64,000 nucleotides of DNA from Phoronis australis (lineage: Eukaryota; Animalia; Phoronida). Under the pieces are notes generated by a model. The model was not told the origin of the DNA. It ran no database searches and saw only the letters and a program-made list of their open reading frames with translations. Each line of letters starts with the position of its first letter. Position 1 is the first letter of the stretch. Location: NCBI GenBank assembly GCA_002633005.1, contig NMRA01000007.1, positions 1,440,362 through 1,504,361 of the forward strand, read 5' to 3'. A program made the position numbers and the translations under genes. Shown here one piece after another: positions 1-12,600 of the stretch.

Positions 1-418
1 CAATAAACTCTGAAACATTTCCTTGATTTGCTGATGGTTTTCATGTTCTTGTTTAGTAACAGAACTAGAATCCAAGTACTGACATACTACTTTTCAACAC
101 ATAAACTATTAACCTATGAAAGTCAACTTGATATCTCGAGTTCAACTTTAATAAATTATGAGTTGGTCACTTCTTCCAAAGCCCAGAAATCACTTGTAAT
201 ACAAGTATGAAACATGTGGAGCCTGACAATTTTCATAACAAACATAACCATAATTAGGGGTCTTCTTCAAAGTTTTTAAATCAAAAATCGTCAAAAGCGG
301 GTGGATTGGCACTTCAAAAAACAAAATGTGCAGTAGCATGTATCAGTTGTCAGACAAAATTACCCCTATCATTACAAGGTAAACACATTCAGAATGAACA
401 AATGTCAATACAGGCTAC

Positions 419-605
419 CTTTTTCCCTACAGATCAAAGATATGAGACCATCGTCAATGAAGACCTTGTTGCCTACATTGACCACCTTGGTTATGTTTTT
501 GTAGTCGACGTAAACGATGTCGATGTCACCGCACTCGTTGTATTTGGGGTCAGTGGTGAGCGTCAGCATATTCCCTTTAACTAACTGTACCTCAGCACTG
601 CCACC
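419..605 (-). CDS. PK: Pyruvate kinase exon (B domain), 187 nt
   Basis: tattgcag|GGT GGC AGT... [63 protein letters not shown]|gtagcc. Confidence 0.96.
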
Positions 606-3600
606 CTGCAATATACAAAGCTGGGTTAATAAACACCCTGCAATATACAAAGCTGGGTTAATAAACACCATGGACATGCAAAACAAAGAGACGTAAAGAA
701 AAATGCATCATGAGCAACTCACATGCACACAGACAGTGTTATCAAAAACATACTGATGTACAGTAATTTCCTTGATGCTTCGAGGTCAGAACTACATTGA
801 AATATCAAAGTATTGCCAATAAGTTATTACGCGTAGTGAAAATCTTCAACAACACTGGCATGCCCAAAAATCGCTGATACATTTATCTAGGTCCTCATTC
901 ACCCCAACTAAGGAACAGAAGAGCTGGAGTCACATTTCTACAATGCTCAACTGTCCGCCAAACAAACCAGGATTTGAACCTGTGTCTGCGAATGAGAAAC
1001 CACCGTTGCCCATTGTCTCAACTGTCTCTTAACAAAATCACTGAATTTTGCAGTGCCTGTCCCTTTTTGCTGTTAATGCCTAATGAGGCCTACCCCTTTC
1101 AGGAGTCCTGTACGAATCTCTGGTCCCTTTGTATCCAAAGCGATGGCTGTAGGCCGAGGATGACTGAAACTGCCAATGGCGTCTCGGAGATTCTGGATGG
1201 TTTGCCCATGATACTAAATACAAAGAGAGCAACAGATGACAGAGCATTTCTATCACGTTGGAGGCTCGTAGTCTCACACAAACGAGCTCTTTCTTGTATA
1301 TAACTAAGTCATCAAAGGAGCACAAGTTCAGTTCCTAGTGAAAGCCCGCTGTACAGAAAAACGTAGGTCCAGTGCCAGTTTAAATTTAAATTTTCATGCA
1401 TATGCTTTCAATGACTGGTTGACCTAAAGTACACCACGTCAACTGATACTGGTCACAAAGAGTTATATTTAGAGACCCTGATGTTCTGCAATAATGCTAA
1501 ATGAACGGAATTCATGGAATGTGACTTCTTTCACAGCATTAGCGACTTGAACAGAATTCATTTCTTAGCAGGCATGTTCAAGTAGTCTTTGCTTATCTTT
1601 TCTGACGGTGGCACTGCTCTAATTCCAGTTTTGAGAAACAAATGAATGAACATGGCAACGTAGCAAGTTGTATTAATTCAACAAAAATGGATCTTCGACA
1701 GAATTCAGCGAAAAAAATAATTAGGAAATTCCCATGTCTTTTATGTTATTTGTTACTAACAAATAGTGAAACACGATTTGCTAATTCACAGAATGGAAAA
1801 AATCAGAATTGGATGCTTGCTAAAACAGATTTCTCTGTAACACATCTATCATACCACAGCGCCCTCTCTTCTTCATTGTCACACTTCCTCCTTAAGTTAG
1901 TTGCAAACTATTGCTGTGCTAATCACTATTCAATGTCAATGGAGCTGTTTCAGCTGCCATTCATCGCTCTAATGGTAGTAAAGTTAGACCACTACACAGT
2001 GAGCCAAAACTAAGAAGCTGACAAGCTGGGTGCGACACGATGATATCGTAGTTGTCAGCTCAGAATCTTGGCGCACAAATGTTTAGGTGGCCTAACACTT
2101 TTTACTCAATTGTGCCCACAAAAATAATTTCCTATAATCATAGAACGGAAAAGGTTGAAGTTTTGCTGGTAGACCAACCGGGAAAATACTTTAGATTTTA
2201 AGTCGTGACAAAGGGAGGAAATGTGTGAGTAAAACAGTACAAGAAAATAAAAAGATGAATATCGATGTGAAATAACGATACTATAACGTGTAATAAAACC
2301 CAGTGTCCCAAGCACTGTTCTTTCTCAAAGGTGTGAACAACTGCAGGACACATATCAAATGACAAGTCAAGAGGAAATTCTCTATAAATAAAGCTATCGT
2401 GGATTGACCACAACATAAGAGAAGCAGATTTCAAACAAGCAGTTTTGTGCAGTAGTACTCAATCCCAGCAGTGAGTTACCTCATAAGATCCGTGTGAGAA
2501 GTTGAGTCGAGCAATGTTCATCCCAGCCATAATCATCTCTTCCAACATGGGCACTGTGTTGCATGCTGGTCCTGAAACATGCCAACAAAGGCTTCATTAG
2601 CAGACGTAAGTGACCAGCCAGGACGAGGTTTTATCAAAGGTCATATGACCCAGTCCTAGCCAAGACGGTCACAACTTTGATTTTACATGCACACAGTTCC
2701 TCAAGTGGTTTACAAACGTGGTGGTTAAGGATATCTCAACCCTTATTCATAAATATTGGCCGTTTTACAATATTTCATGTATGTCTAGCAAAATACCTCA
2801 TCTTCAATCTCGGGGAAATTCAGTTACGAAATATATACTGCGTAGCAAGAAAAAGAGATTTAGCAGAACCACCTTCAACAGAGTGGAAATTTGTTCACTA
2901 CTTATTCAAGGTCAAAGATTACAGGGGTGTCACTCAAATTGAATCTCCCGCCAGGCATAGATCAGTTTAGATCAGTTCCGTATGTATCTTCAGTCCTTTC
3001 AGCGAGTCACCATAATATCGAGTCAAGAAGGTGTACATAGGATAGAAACATGCCACGGGAAACAAAGACAAAACATAGTTTTGATCCTGAGGGAGTAGTG
3101 CGTCTGCAAGCACATGATCGTTGAGAACGAAAACAACGAGTCCAAGTCGCCGCACTGCCTCTGTGACTTTGTGTTCACGAACACAGCAAGTTTTGAAAAG
3201 AGATAAATCCTCACCCAAATTCATTGATTTGATCGGTAATTTAACATTTGATTTCACGGTTTCGATCTCATGCTCAAGGTGTTCTTTAACCAGACTCGAT
3301 TTCTGTTGTCCATTTCGTACTTGACTTCATATCAGTCTACCCAGCGCGTGTGTGACCTACTTAACAGCCTTGACCTAGCTTGACTCGAGGCACATTCATA
3401 AAATTAAAATGTAAAATGCTTTAGAAAAATTAAGTTAATTACGCACTGACATTGCGAGCGAATGTTGAAATAGCAAACATGGTTAAGGCATGTATAGGTT
3501 ATGATTACCAAAAACAAGTCTTCATAGAATAATTAAGTGATATCCGGCCTATTTTGAAGACTTGCGAAATTTTACGCTTTTTCTCGGCTTTGGCAAATTG

Positions 3601-6600
3601 ATTTGATTTGAACTGAGAAACACGAGTTCTGAAAACAAAGTCAGTGAATTTCATTGAAACTTTCCAATTTTATTATTTATTCATCAATCTCAAAAACGGT
3701 GTTAGCATTTTTCTTTTAAATACCTAGCTTTTGCGTACCATAAGACTGACGAATACAACTGCTATTTTTTACAAAAAAAACTTACGTTTTGCGAGCTAAT
3801 TTGGTATAGAAACAAAACTAAATGAGTAATCAGAAATTCCTAACAGCTTTTTGAGGTAAATTGTGAAGTTTTCAAGTAAAAAGGGTGCACTAAAATCAAC
3901 CTAGGGTTATTTTGAAATGGAGCACCTTTGTTAAAAATGAATTTTTGACTTAAAAAGGGTGTTAACACAAAAATAATAATGGGACATGAATATAAAATAT
4001 ATTTTTATAATCTCCGATCTTTTCTCTCTCGCAAAATATACACTTTTCCTAGGTGACATAGCCAGATTGTTTTCATGAGTTAGAATGAAGGTCGCTAAAT
4101 AAAGTTTGAGATAACCTTAAATGTGACTATGAGGAAGCAACTATCAAGTTTACAACTGAGGCTATTTGGTTTTATAGAAAACCCAGTGTTGTATTCATAG
4201 TTATGTGCCAGCGTCCAATGACTGTCTCAGCTACAACAGGGCATACAAGTTTTGACAAAATGTACCCAAGATCTGTCTCCATGAAGAAAGCAGACATCTA
4301 TCTATTGTGAAACTACACAAACAACATTTCAGATTTCCAAACTATGTTCACAGTTCATGTGTGAAAAAGGTCATTGACCCTGAATCCAGGTTATAGTCAA
4401 GTTTACAAAAGTTGCAATGTTTCATTTTCATGTTCACAGTCACAATCACCTAAACCATGGCTCAGTGTACATTCTTTTTAAACCAGATACCTGAACCAGA
4501 TTGTTCCAATTTTTGACAGAGCAGATAAAAATACTTGATGAAAGGTAAAAGTTTGGCCATATTCTAAGTCAAATACTAAATACTTAAGTGGTTGTAGAGT
4601 GGTGTTGAGTGAAAGCACCCAAAAAATCAACACCAGTAGCTTTGATGTGACAAACACTCCTCAATTAAGCAGTATAAGGTTTATAGTTATTTGATGGCAC
4701 CTCACAGGTAAGTACCGTATTCGCCGTAATAACCGCCCAGGACGCTTAGAAAAGTTCGGTTCAGGGGGGGCGCATGAAACCCGGTCTCCGAAACGGGTGA
4801 AATCGGAAGCTAAGATTCACTAAATTTATGCTCTGTGACGTATATGTAATCTATGAAAGACTTTCAACAAAACTGTGGTGCATTGCTATCAAACTTTGCT
4901 GCTAAAATACAATCATTTTACAGAAAATTGTGCTGAAATCCCAGGGCGAAAACTCGCCGACTGACTGCCTCGAAATTGCCGTCTTCGATATGGCGACTTC
5001 AATGCTTAAATAAAAATGGTTTCGACTCAAGCAAATTACCTGAAATCCTCATTAAGTATTATAAGTAGCGTCTCTACTCTGTTAGTTCCCGTGGAGTCTG
5101 GATTAACGGCAGGTTTAAGTACAAATCTGTGCAAGATCGTGGACTGGGCGCTTATTTCAGCAAAGTCTGAAAACGCGTGGGGGGCGCTTATAGGGGCATG
5201 GGAGGGTTATTACGGCGAATACGGTAACAGTTTTCATCCATATTATGAACATAACGTTAAATCAGATATTACCCTCAACCGATAAAAAGTCATGAGCACT
5301 TGACAGAGTTGTTACTACAGAATAATTAAATAACATTGACACAAGTATAACAGATGACATCAGACAAGTCAATTTGACTAAGACAGATCATAACATGAGA
5401 ATATCAGGTATTAGTGTGTGTGTGTGTGCGCTCAAGCTGTGCGCTGAAATAGTGATAGGGCCCTGGATTGCTATTCTCAATCAACTCATTTGCATATTGC
5501 ATAATCATTAGCAAGTCGCACCATTGCTAAACATCTGGGCCCAGTTGCATTAAAGTTATACGTCATATAGCAACAATGACGTCGCATTATTGTTATTGTT
5601 GAACAATGCACCTGACATCATGCAACAATCAAAGTTGTCCAGCGGATAACTTTTGAAGCTTTATGCAACTCAGCCCAGGTCATAATAAGACCATTTGCAT
5701 AAATGTTGGCCGAAGAGAAACAAGATAATTCTCCAATATTTTCCACATCAACGTAAAATATCACTCTACCTACAATTACAAAAAATGATGAAGGTGTGAC
5801 AGTGGTATTGAGGTATAACAAGTCAACTGTACAGTTAAACACAGCAACATGTAATGAATATTTCACATCTTAAATTGTTAAANGAGATGACGGCATAATG
5901 CGTCCACATATAAATATGTGGGCGCATAAAAATGATGAAGGTGTGACAGTGGTATTGAGGTATAACAAGTCAACTGTACAGTTAAACACAGCAACATGTA
6001 ATGAATATTTCACATCTTAAATTGTTAAAACATACAACACAAGACTAAACTACAGTCACATCTAAATATCTTTAAGAAACGGCTTACCTTTATTTGTCAC
6101 GACCAAAATTGGTTTCTTGTACTGGGTATATACTTGAAAATTATATAGGATACTGCATCGTAGATTTATAGAAGAACGGAAACAAGAAACTATTTCAAAT
6201 AGTTCACTAATCTTCAGTATCCTGTAACCACATGGCACATGAACAAACGAAAAAGATTTGGTTCCACGACACAATGTTGTTCACACTGACAGAATAACTT
6301 ACCAAGGAGTCCACTCAAGTTCTCTATTATGTAGCTTTGGACACGGTGACTACAGACTAGCGTCCAATGCTGAGCACGGCACGAAAATGCTTCTAAAAGC
6401 TTTCAATTACTGAACAAACAAATTAGTCAAAGTAGCATCTAGCTCAGAAAAGGACCATGCATGTCCATGCAGCTTTGTTAATGTTATCCACCAGCAAAAA
6501 CATTCTCCAGTTATTTTTTAATACCTAAGCTTAACAGATAGTTCCAACAATGCAGTTAGGCGATGTCTACCATACTCAACAATGCGACGTACCACATGCC

Positions 6601-9600
6601 CAAATCCAAAATGACTGAAGTCCTTACTACAGCGAGGGTGCAGATTCTCTACCGTGAAGTTTGATCAGATTTCACTGAATCACTTGCCAAAAAAGCAGCA
6701 TTATCAACATGTGTCTGGGTTTACGTTTACCTACGTCTCGCTGTTATTCACATTTTTAGATTCACGTTAATTGTTAATTCACATAAGATGCTATTAAATT
6801 AAACAAATTATATCAGTGAAACATAATGAAAGTCAATTTTTCCATTTTGTGCTTGTTTATCAATAGCTACTTTACTCCGATAACAGTCTGTGATTTATCT
6901 AAGCCTATATTCATCTAATCATAAAGTCTACTAAAGTCTTTTATCAAACATAGGGAATTCTTTCTCTCTTGTTCTCCGCATAAAGTTGTTCTGTATTAGA
7001 AGTGGCTCAAGTGCATTGTGAAGCAATCTTAATGCTTTCATTCACAACCATTTGCAGGACAAAGACAGCAGTTCACCTAAGTGTGTTTTCATGTGTGGCG
7101 GGATTTTCCTTGCTTGACTGACATGTCAGAACTATCCATTGTTAAAGAGTGGTTCTATATCAATCTAGTTAGTTACTTTTTAGAGCTTGCAATCATGGCC
7201 AAAGCCAGTAAGGCATTCAACTACAGGTCCTTTCCTTACCTGAGAGCAAAAACTCAGCCGGTCTTGAATCGCACGAACAACGCCCCTCATTTCTTTCGTT
7301 ATACTAATTGCCACAATCAAAACCCAAAGCGCAAGGCAAAGGTGCAAGTTTCCCAGCAGACAGAAGCATGTTAGTAAGAAGTGTAAGCCCAACAGGCAGT
7401 GTGACAACAGTTGGAGAACGACATTCGGACTTGTTAACTGGCAAAACGATGGGTTAAAAAAGTTCTGCATAGCTACTGGTGAATCTATTGAAGCACAAAT
7501 TTCAGAACATTGAAAGACCATTTAAATATTAAACGAATTTAGCTGGACACTCGTCATCAAGCAGATAACTCAGTGACCAGCAGAGAGACACAGGGCGTGA
7601 CCACTGTGAGGTGAACTGAGCTTATTCTCCACTGGTTGACAGCAGTGCAAGTCAAAACACCAAGGACCAAGATCACAAAACTTTATGCAACGCGACTCGA
7701 AAATGGAACAATCACATTACATGAAAATTGAAAATTCACTAAAAGCGTGCTGAGTCACGTCTCAAATAAAGTTTGGTGGGTGGTCTTGGGCCCAACTCTG
7801 TATTTCTCTCTCTCTCTGAGGTTCTGAAGTTCAAAGTTTGCATGAAAAGAAATTTTTTTGAACCAAGAGTACAAAACACAGGGCAGATTTAACCGATTCC
7901 AAACTTGACAGCTCATTTGTAACATGCTTTTGTTTTCCATCCAGCTACAAGAATAAAAGATTTCATTTTCTTGTGATTCATGAAGCCGACGGGAAACCAA
8001 ACCTCAGAGAGGGTTGTGTTCAGACTCTACTGTTTTAACTATTGACGCAATAGTAGTAGGAATAAGAAATGGGTCAGTGTCACTGCTGAGAGGGTACACA
8101 CCACTCTTACCTATGGTACAAACGATTCCTGTCATACGCAATACCTGCGCCTGTTTGTCTATGTCCATGTGGCACCAGTGTTCAAGCCGTGTGTTGGCAC
8201 TAGAATCTGAACAACAATATCGGCACACGTTAGATAAACACAAAGTAACAGGTTAGTAACAGGGTGGCCTTCTGTATTTCTGCATCGACACATCTCAACA
8301 ACAAGTTTCTCTTATGACTCAAGAATTCTGCTAATTATTGAACGGAGAGCTTAATGTTTAATAGAAGGCCACAGAAGTGGCTTCTTTGGAAGATTTCTTG
8401 TACACTTTGCATGGGTTTTGTTTCAGTCTCTTGAATGGTGTCTGCACACACACTCACGCATCTTTCAAAGCTTCACTTCAACTTAAAGCTGCACATTGCC
8501 CTGATTAGCAGGCTAAAATGAAAAACGAATTAAGCTTTTTACTCTAATTAAATCGGTATCCTAATATTCAGGATTGGAATTCAAAAATGGCAGATGCACG
8601 CATTGCAGACAGATTTTATGGGAGTAAAAAATGTAATTCGCTTTTCGTTTTTTAGCAAGTTCATTAGGGTGAAATGCAGCATTAACTTTTAGAGAAAACG
8701 CAAATGCATGAATTTGTGACTGCATTAATCTAATTGTCCAGGGTTTGAAAATGTAGTTTTAACAATTTTTATCCAGTTACCCATTTTAGTTAACTTTCCC
8801 TGATAATGGTCCCCATAAGCAGAGCTAGAATCTATTGAGCAAAGTTTGCCATCTATGAACACATGCAAAGAGAAAAGCAAACTCACAAATAACAACTGAA
8901 AGCATTTTTGACAGCAGAATTTGCGAGAAAGCAATGAGAAGTTGTTGAGACTCGTCTTACGTGGCGAATGCAGGAATGCTGAACAATGGCCAACCCAGAG
9001 ACGCTCCAACACACGATCACACGGAGGCGCCGGTAGTGACACCAATGAACATACCGATTGTACAGATTATACCAGTCATACGAATGAAGTGAGGCTCTGA
9101 ATCAATGTCCAACGCACACAGATGTTCCAGGTGAGTGTGGGCCTCGGCCGCCTGCAGTTGCTGGCGCTGGACGTAGTACTCCCCTGCATGCTCTTCCTCA
9201 ACGGTGCGTCTATGGTGAGCCTGGAATGGAATGTGTCAGCATTACACTGGGAACAACTACTAACAATAACGAGCAATGCGGGGGTCTGCTGATGACATAG
9301 CTGACACTTGGGTCCACAAACAGCAACAGAAATGCAGTCCCATCACAGTTTCGAAAGTTTCGCATGTCTTAGATTCTTCCCAATTCAGGTAACCACGAGG
9401 CAATTTAACAAAATTGTGTATTTTAGAGGTGACGTGGTCTATAAGAGTAAAAAATGAAGAGTGATTCTGCACTTATGGAAGACACAAATTTTATTTTTCA
9501 ATATCTCAGCTTTAAGAAATTACACGTTTTACCTCACTGTTACCACAGTATAGTTTTGAACTGTACAACTGTCACGGAACACCTTTTGGTAAAGCTTTGA

Positions 9601-12600
9601 TAATATACACTTAATTCAGCCTCTGACAAACTCGACAGAGAGAATTCCATTTTGGATTGTTGTAAATTGAAGAATTGCCTAATAAATCACGAACAAACAA
9701 TGATCCAAATAGGAAAGGAAGCAAACGTCCAGTGAGAGAATGTTCTGGACTTACACTCAAAATACCCGTATCCACATACCTCCTTTTCTCTCAACTAATC
9801 TTTAACATGTGAGGCATTTTCAGAGTCTATGACCTATGAGATGAAATGCTATACAAAAAACACTAGCATTAACAAAACAAAGATAGTAGTAGTAATACAC
9901 TTTAGATAGCGCACAGCAATGTAGAAGAATAGTTGCCAGTAGTGTATTATGACTACAGCTACAAATATGGCGACAAATTCCTTTACTGAAGCATTTCACA
10001 CCATTAAAAGGATGCATTTTTCCATTGGCAGAGGAGCATCCTAGATTGGCAGGCTGGCAGCCATTGTATACGCGGAACTCTCAGTACATTTAGCTAAAGG
10101 CATCTACTCTGTCCTAATAAAGTTAATTACTCCTTTTCATCGAGTATAACCCTCATGTACAGCAAATTAAGCTTTAGATCCAATAAATGAAATGAACAAT
10201 AATCCAGTGATCAATGTTGTGAGCTCCACAGTCACTATCTACACTCCAGTATTAGTGAGGACAATGGACCATGTATCCCGTGATCCTACTTATTTAACGC
10301 ACAATATGGTCAACAAGTGAAATTCTATTTTGTCACATTTTTCCACAAAAAATAAAGATCATTATTAGAAAATTTTAGTCTCAGTACAAGCATTGTTTGT
10401 AGTGCGGAAATGTCACGAAGCAACATCTGGTAAATTTCCTTAATTTCCAGCCAGGGAGTCACTCCTTAAATGTAGTAAAATGACAATTTTGGTAAATATT
10501 TGTTGTGCGAAATAAGTGGAAAATTACTGTAACTATTATGTGCATAAGAAAGGGATCAGCTATTAGTTAATACAACAAGTTTACATGTCTGTAGTCCCGT
10601 CCACACACAGCCTACCCTAAAATAACTTGCACTAGTGCAACTTACCCCACTTTTAAGTGGAGCTTGCACACACACACACACACACTCGATAACTAAGGTA
10701 AGGCGGATACTGTCGCTCTGTGCATGACAAAATGAAACCTAATGCCAATACTGCGCTCAAGAGAATCCCCGTCTGCATGTTACCGCAGCTGATAATTACA
10801 TCCGCTAGCCCACTTTTGTGGCCACACAGCGATTATAAGTGGCCCAAGTTACCCTAGAACAAGTTACCCCACCTCGATAATGTGGAATGAATTGTCACAA
10901 GTGGGGTAGGTTGTACTAGTTTAAATAGCCCCCATACAGCCCTCTAACCTAGCGACAACTCCTTCCAGGAGTAACTTGTTCTATTGTAAGTCTGTGTATG
11001 GACGGCACTTTAGACCAAATACAGTTACAATCACAAAAATGTTTGACTAAAGGCTCGTTCACACGAGAAATCGCTTTGAGGGAAAAAATGCGCAATTCCA
11101 TTCCACCAAAATTTCCGCAATCCACGAGTGTTCATGCGACTCTTGTCAATTCAGCAATTTCTGTCGACTAAAAACACCAACGGAAGGAAAAGAATGCGCC
11201 GCTGATACAAATGCAGCTATTTACGAGGTCTTGTGATTGAACAGAACTGAATTTTGCCTCGTTACCTCAACTTCGTTATTGATTCTAACAAAAGCCTATT
11301 CATCCTTCTTCGTCCCAGACAGCTGGCCACCCACTACAGCGTCCCGCCACAAGCCGATGAGTAACTCAGTTTCTGCGTCAGACCACATTTTAGATAAAGC
11401 AAATTTTTATAGCAAGGCAACGCAGATTTCGAAACTTTTTGGAAATAAAGCAGGCATTCTTGTACCATGCACAGTGCGATGAGCATGTCGTCAATCTTGC
11501 ACTTTGTGTTGAGTATGGTATGAGTAATTAATCATCAAGCTTGTGAAAACAACCCAAAACAGCATCTGGAGTGTTTTCCAAAAATAAATTCTTGGTAAAA
11601 CTGGGATTACTGTATTTTTGCATTCACACGACAACTTTTTCCCACAATCTTGATTCCATAAAATATTGCACAAAAATTTCGGCAAAAAAGTCGCATGAAC
11701 AGGCCTTAAGTCAAAACCTATCAGGATTAAACTTCAAAAATAAGATAAGAACCAAACACCATAACATAATACTTACAAAGGCACTGTAGATTGTGCCACT
11801 GATTATTTCCAACTTCTATTACAACTTATGTCTACAGCCTCATTCACTGCCAGACCCATTAATTTCCATGTAGCTGAGCTTCTAACCAGGTGTAGAATGT
11901 ATACATGTATATCTGCTGAATATTCATTGCGACTGTTTACGCAAGTTAACTGAACCAAAAATCAACAGATTTTCAACTTATGCTATAATAAAAATTTTCC
12001 AAGTTGGGGACAGTTTAAAAATCTTCATCAGGAACCAGGCACATGCGAGTATATGTGGAACACTTGGGTGAAACCAAGGAGCAATTGCCTTGAAATACTT
12101 GAGTGGAACATGGATCCTCTGTTATCAAATGATAGAAGGTGACAAGTACTCAGCTTAACACAGACTCAGATTACGAAAAAATACAGTAGCGTAATTCTTC
12201 ACCTAATGTGCACATAATGTGGCAGACGTGATATTTTATTTTGTCGAATTCTTCCACAAATATCATCAGTCTAACATTAACTTGGATTGTACTGTGAAGA
12301 TAACACAACATTTAACAAAGTTGATATTATTTGCAATATGGCAATCAGCCTTTGAAAAGGAAAAACGATAATTTTGACAATTATTTTTGTGCAATGAACA
12401 ATTACTGTACCTCAGAATGCTCAGATGTAAATTTCTTGAATAAGTAGGGAACTAAAGTTAAAAACTATTTAGAATAACCCTATATTATAACCATGATTAA
12501 ATTAAGTACTTCAATGCCTTGGATTTGTAAGTTCAATTAATTATTACTTGTTCACAATTAAATCATAACATTTAACTGTTCACACAGTTGTTACGTGTCA

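Noticed and set aside
960-1025. tRNA gene suggested by a B-box (GGTTCAAATCC on the minus strand)
   Set aside because: No cloverleaf or clear A-box; at best an old SINE fragment.
6088-7240. Strong minus-strand donor-like sites at 6088, 6303 and 7240 in the PK intron
   Set aside because: No PK homology, and splicing to the 92-nt exon would omit strand beta-1; cannot be supported without transcript data.
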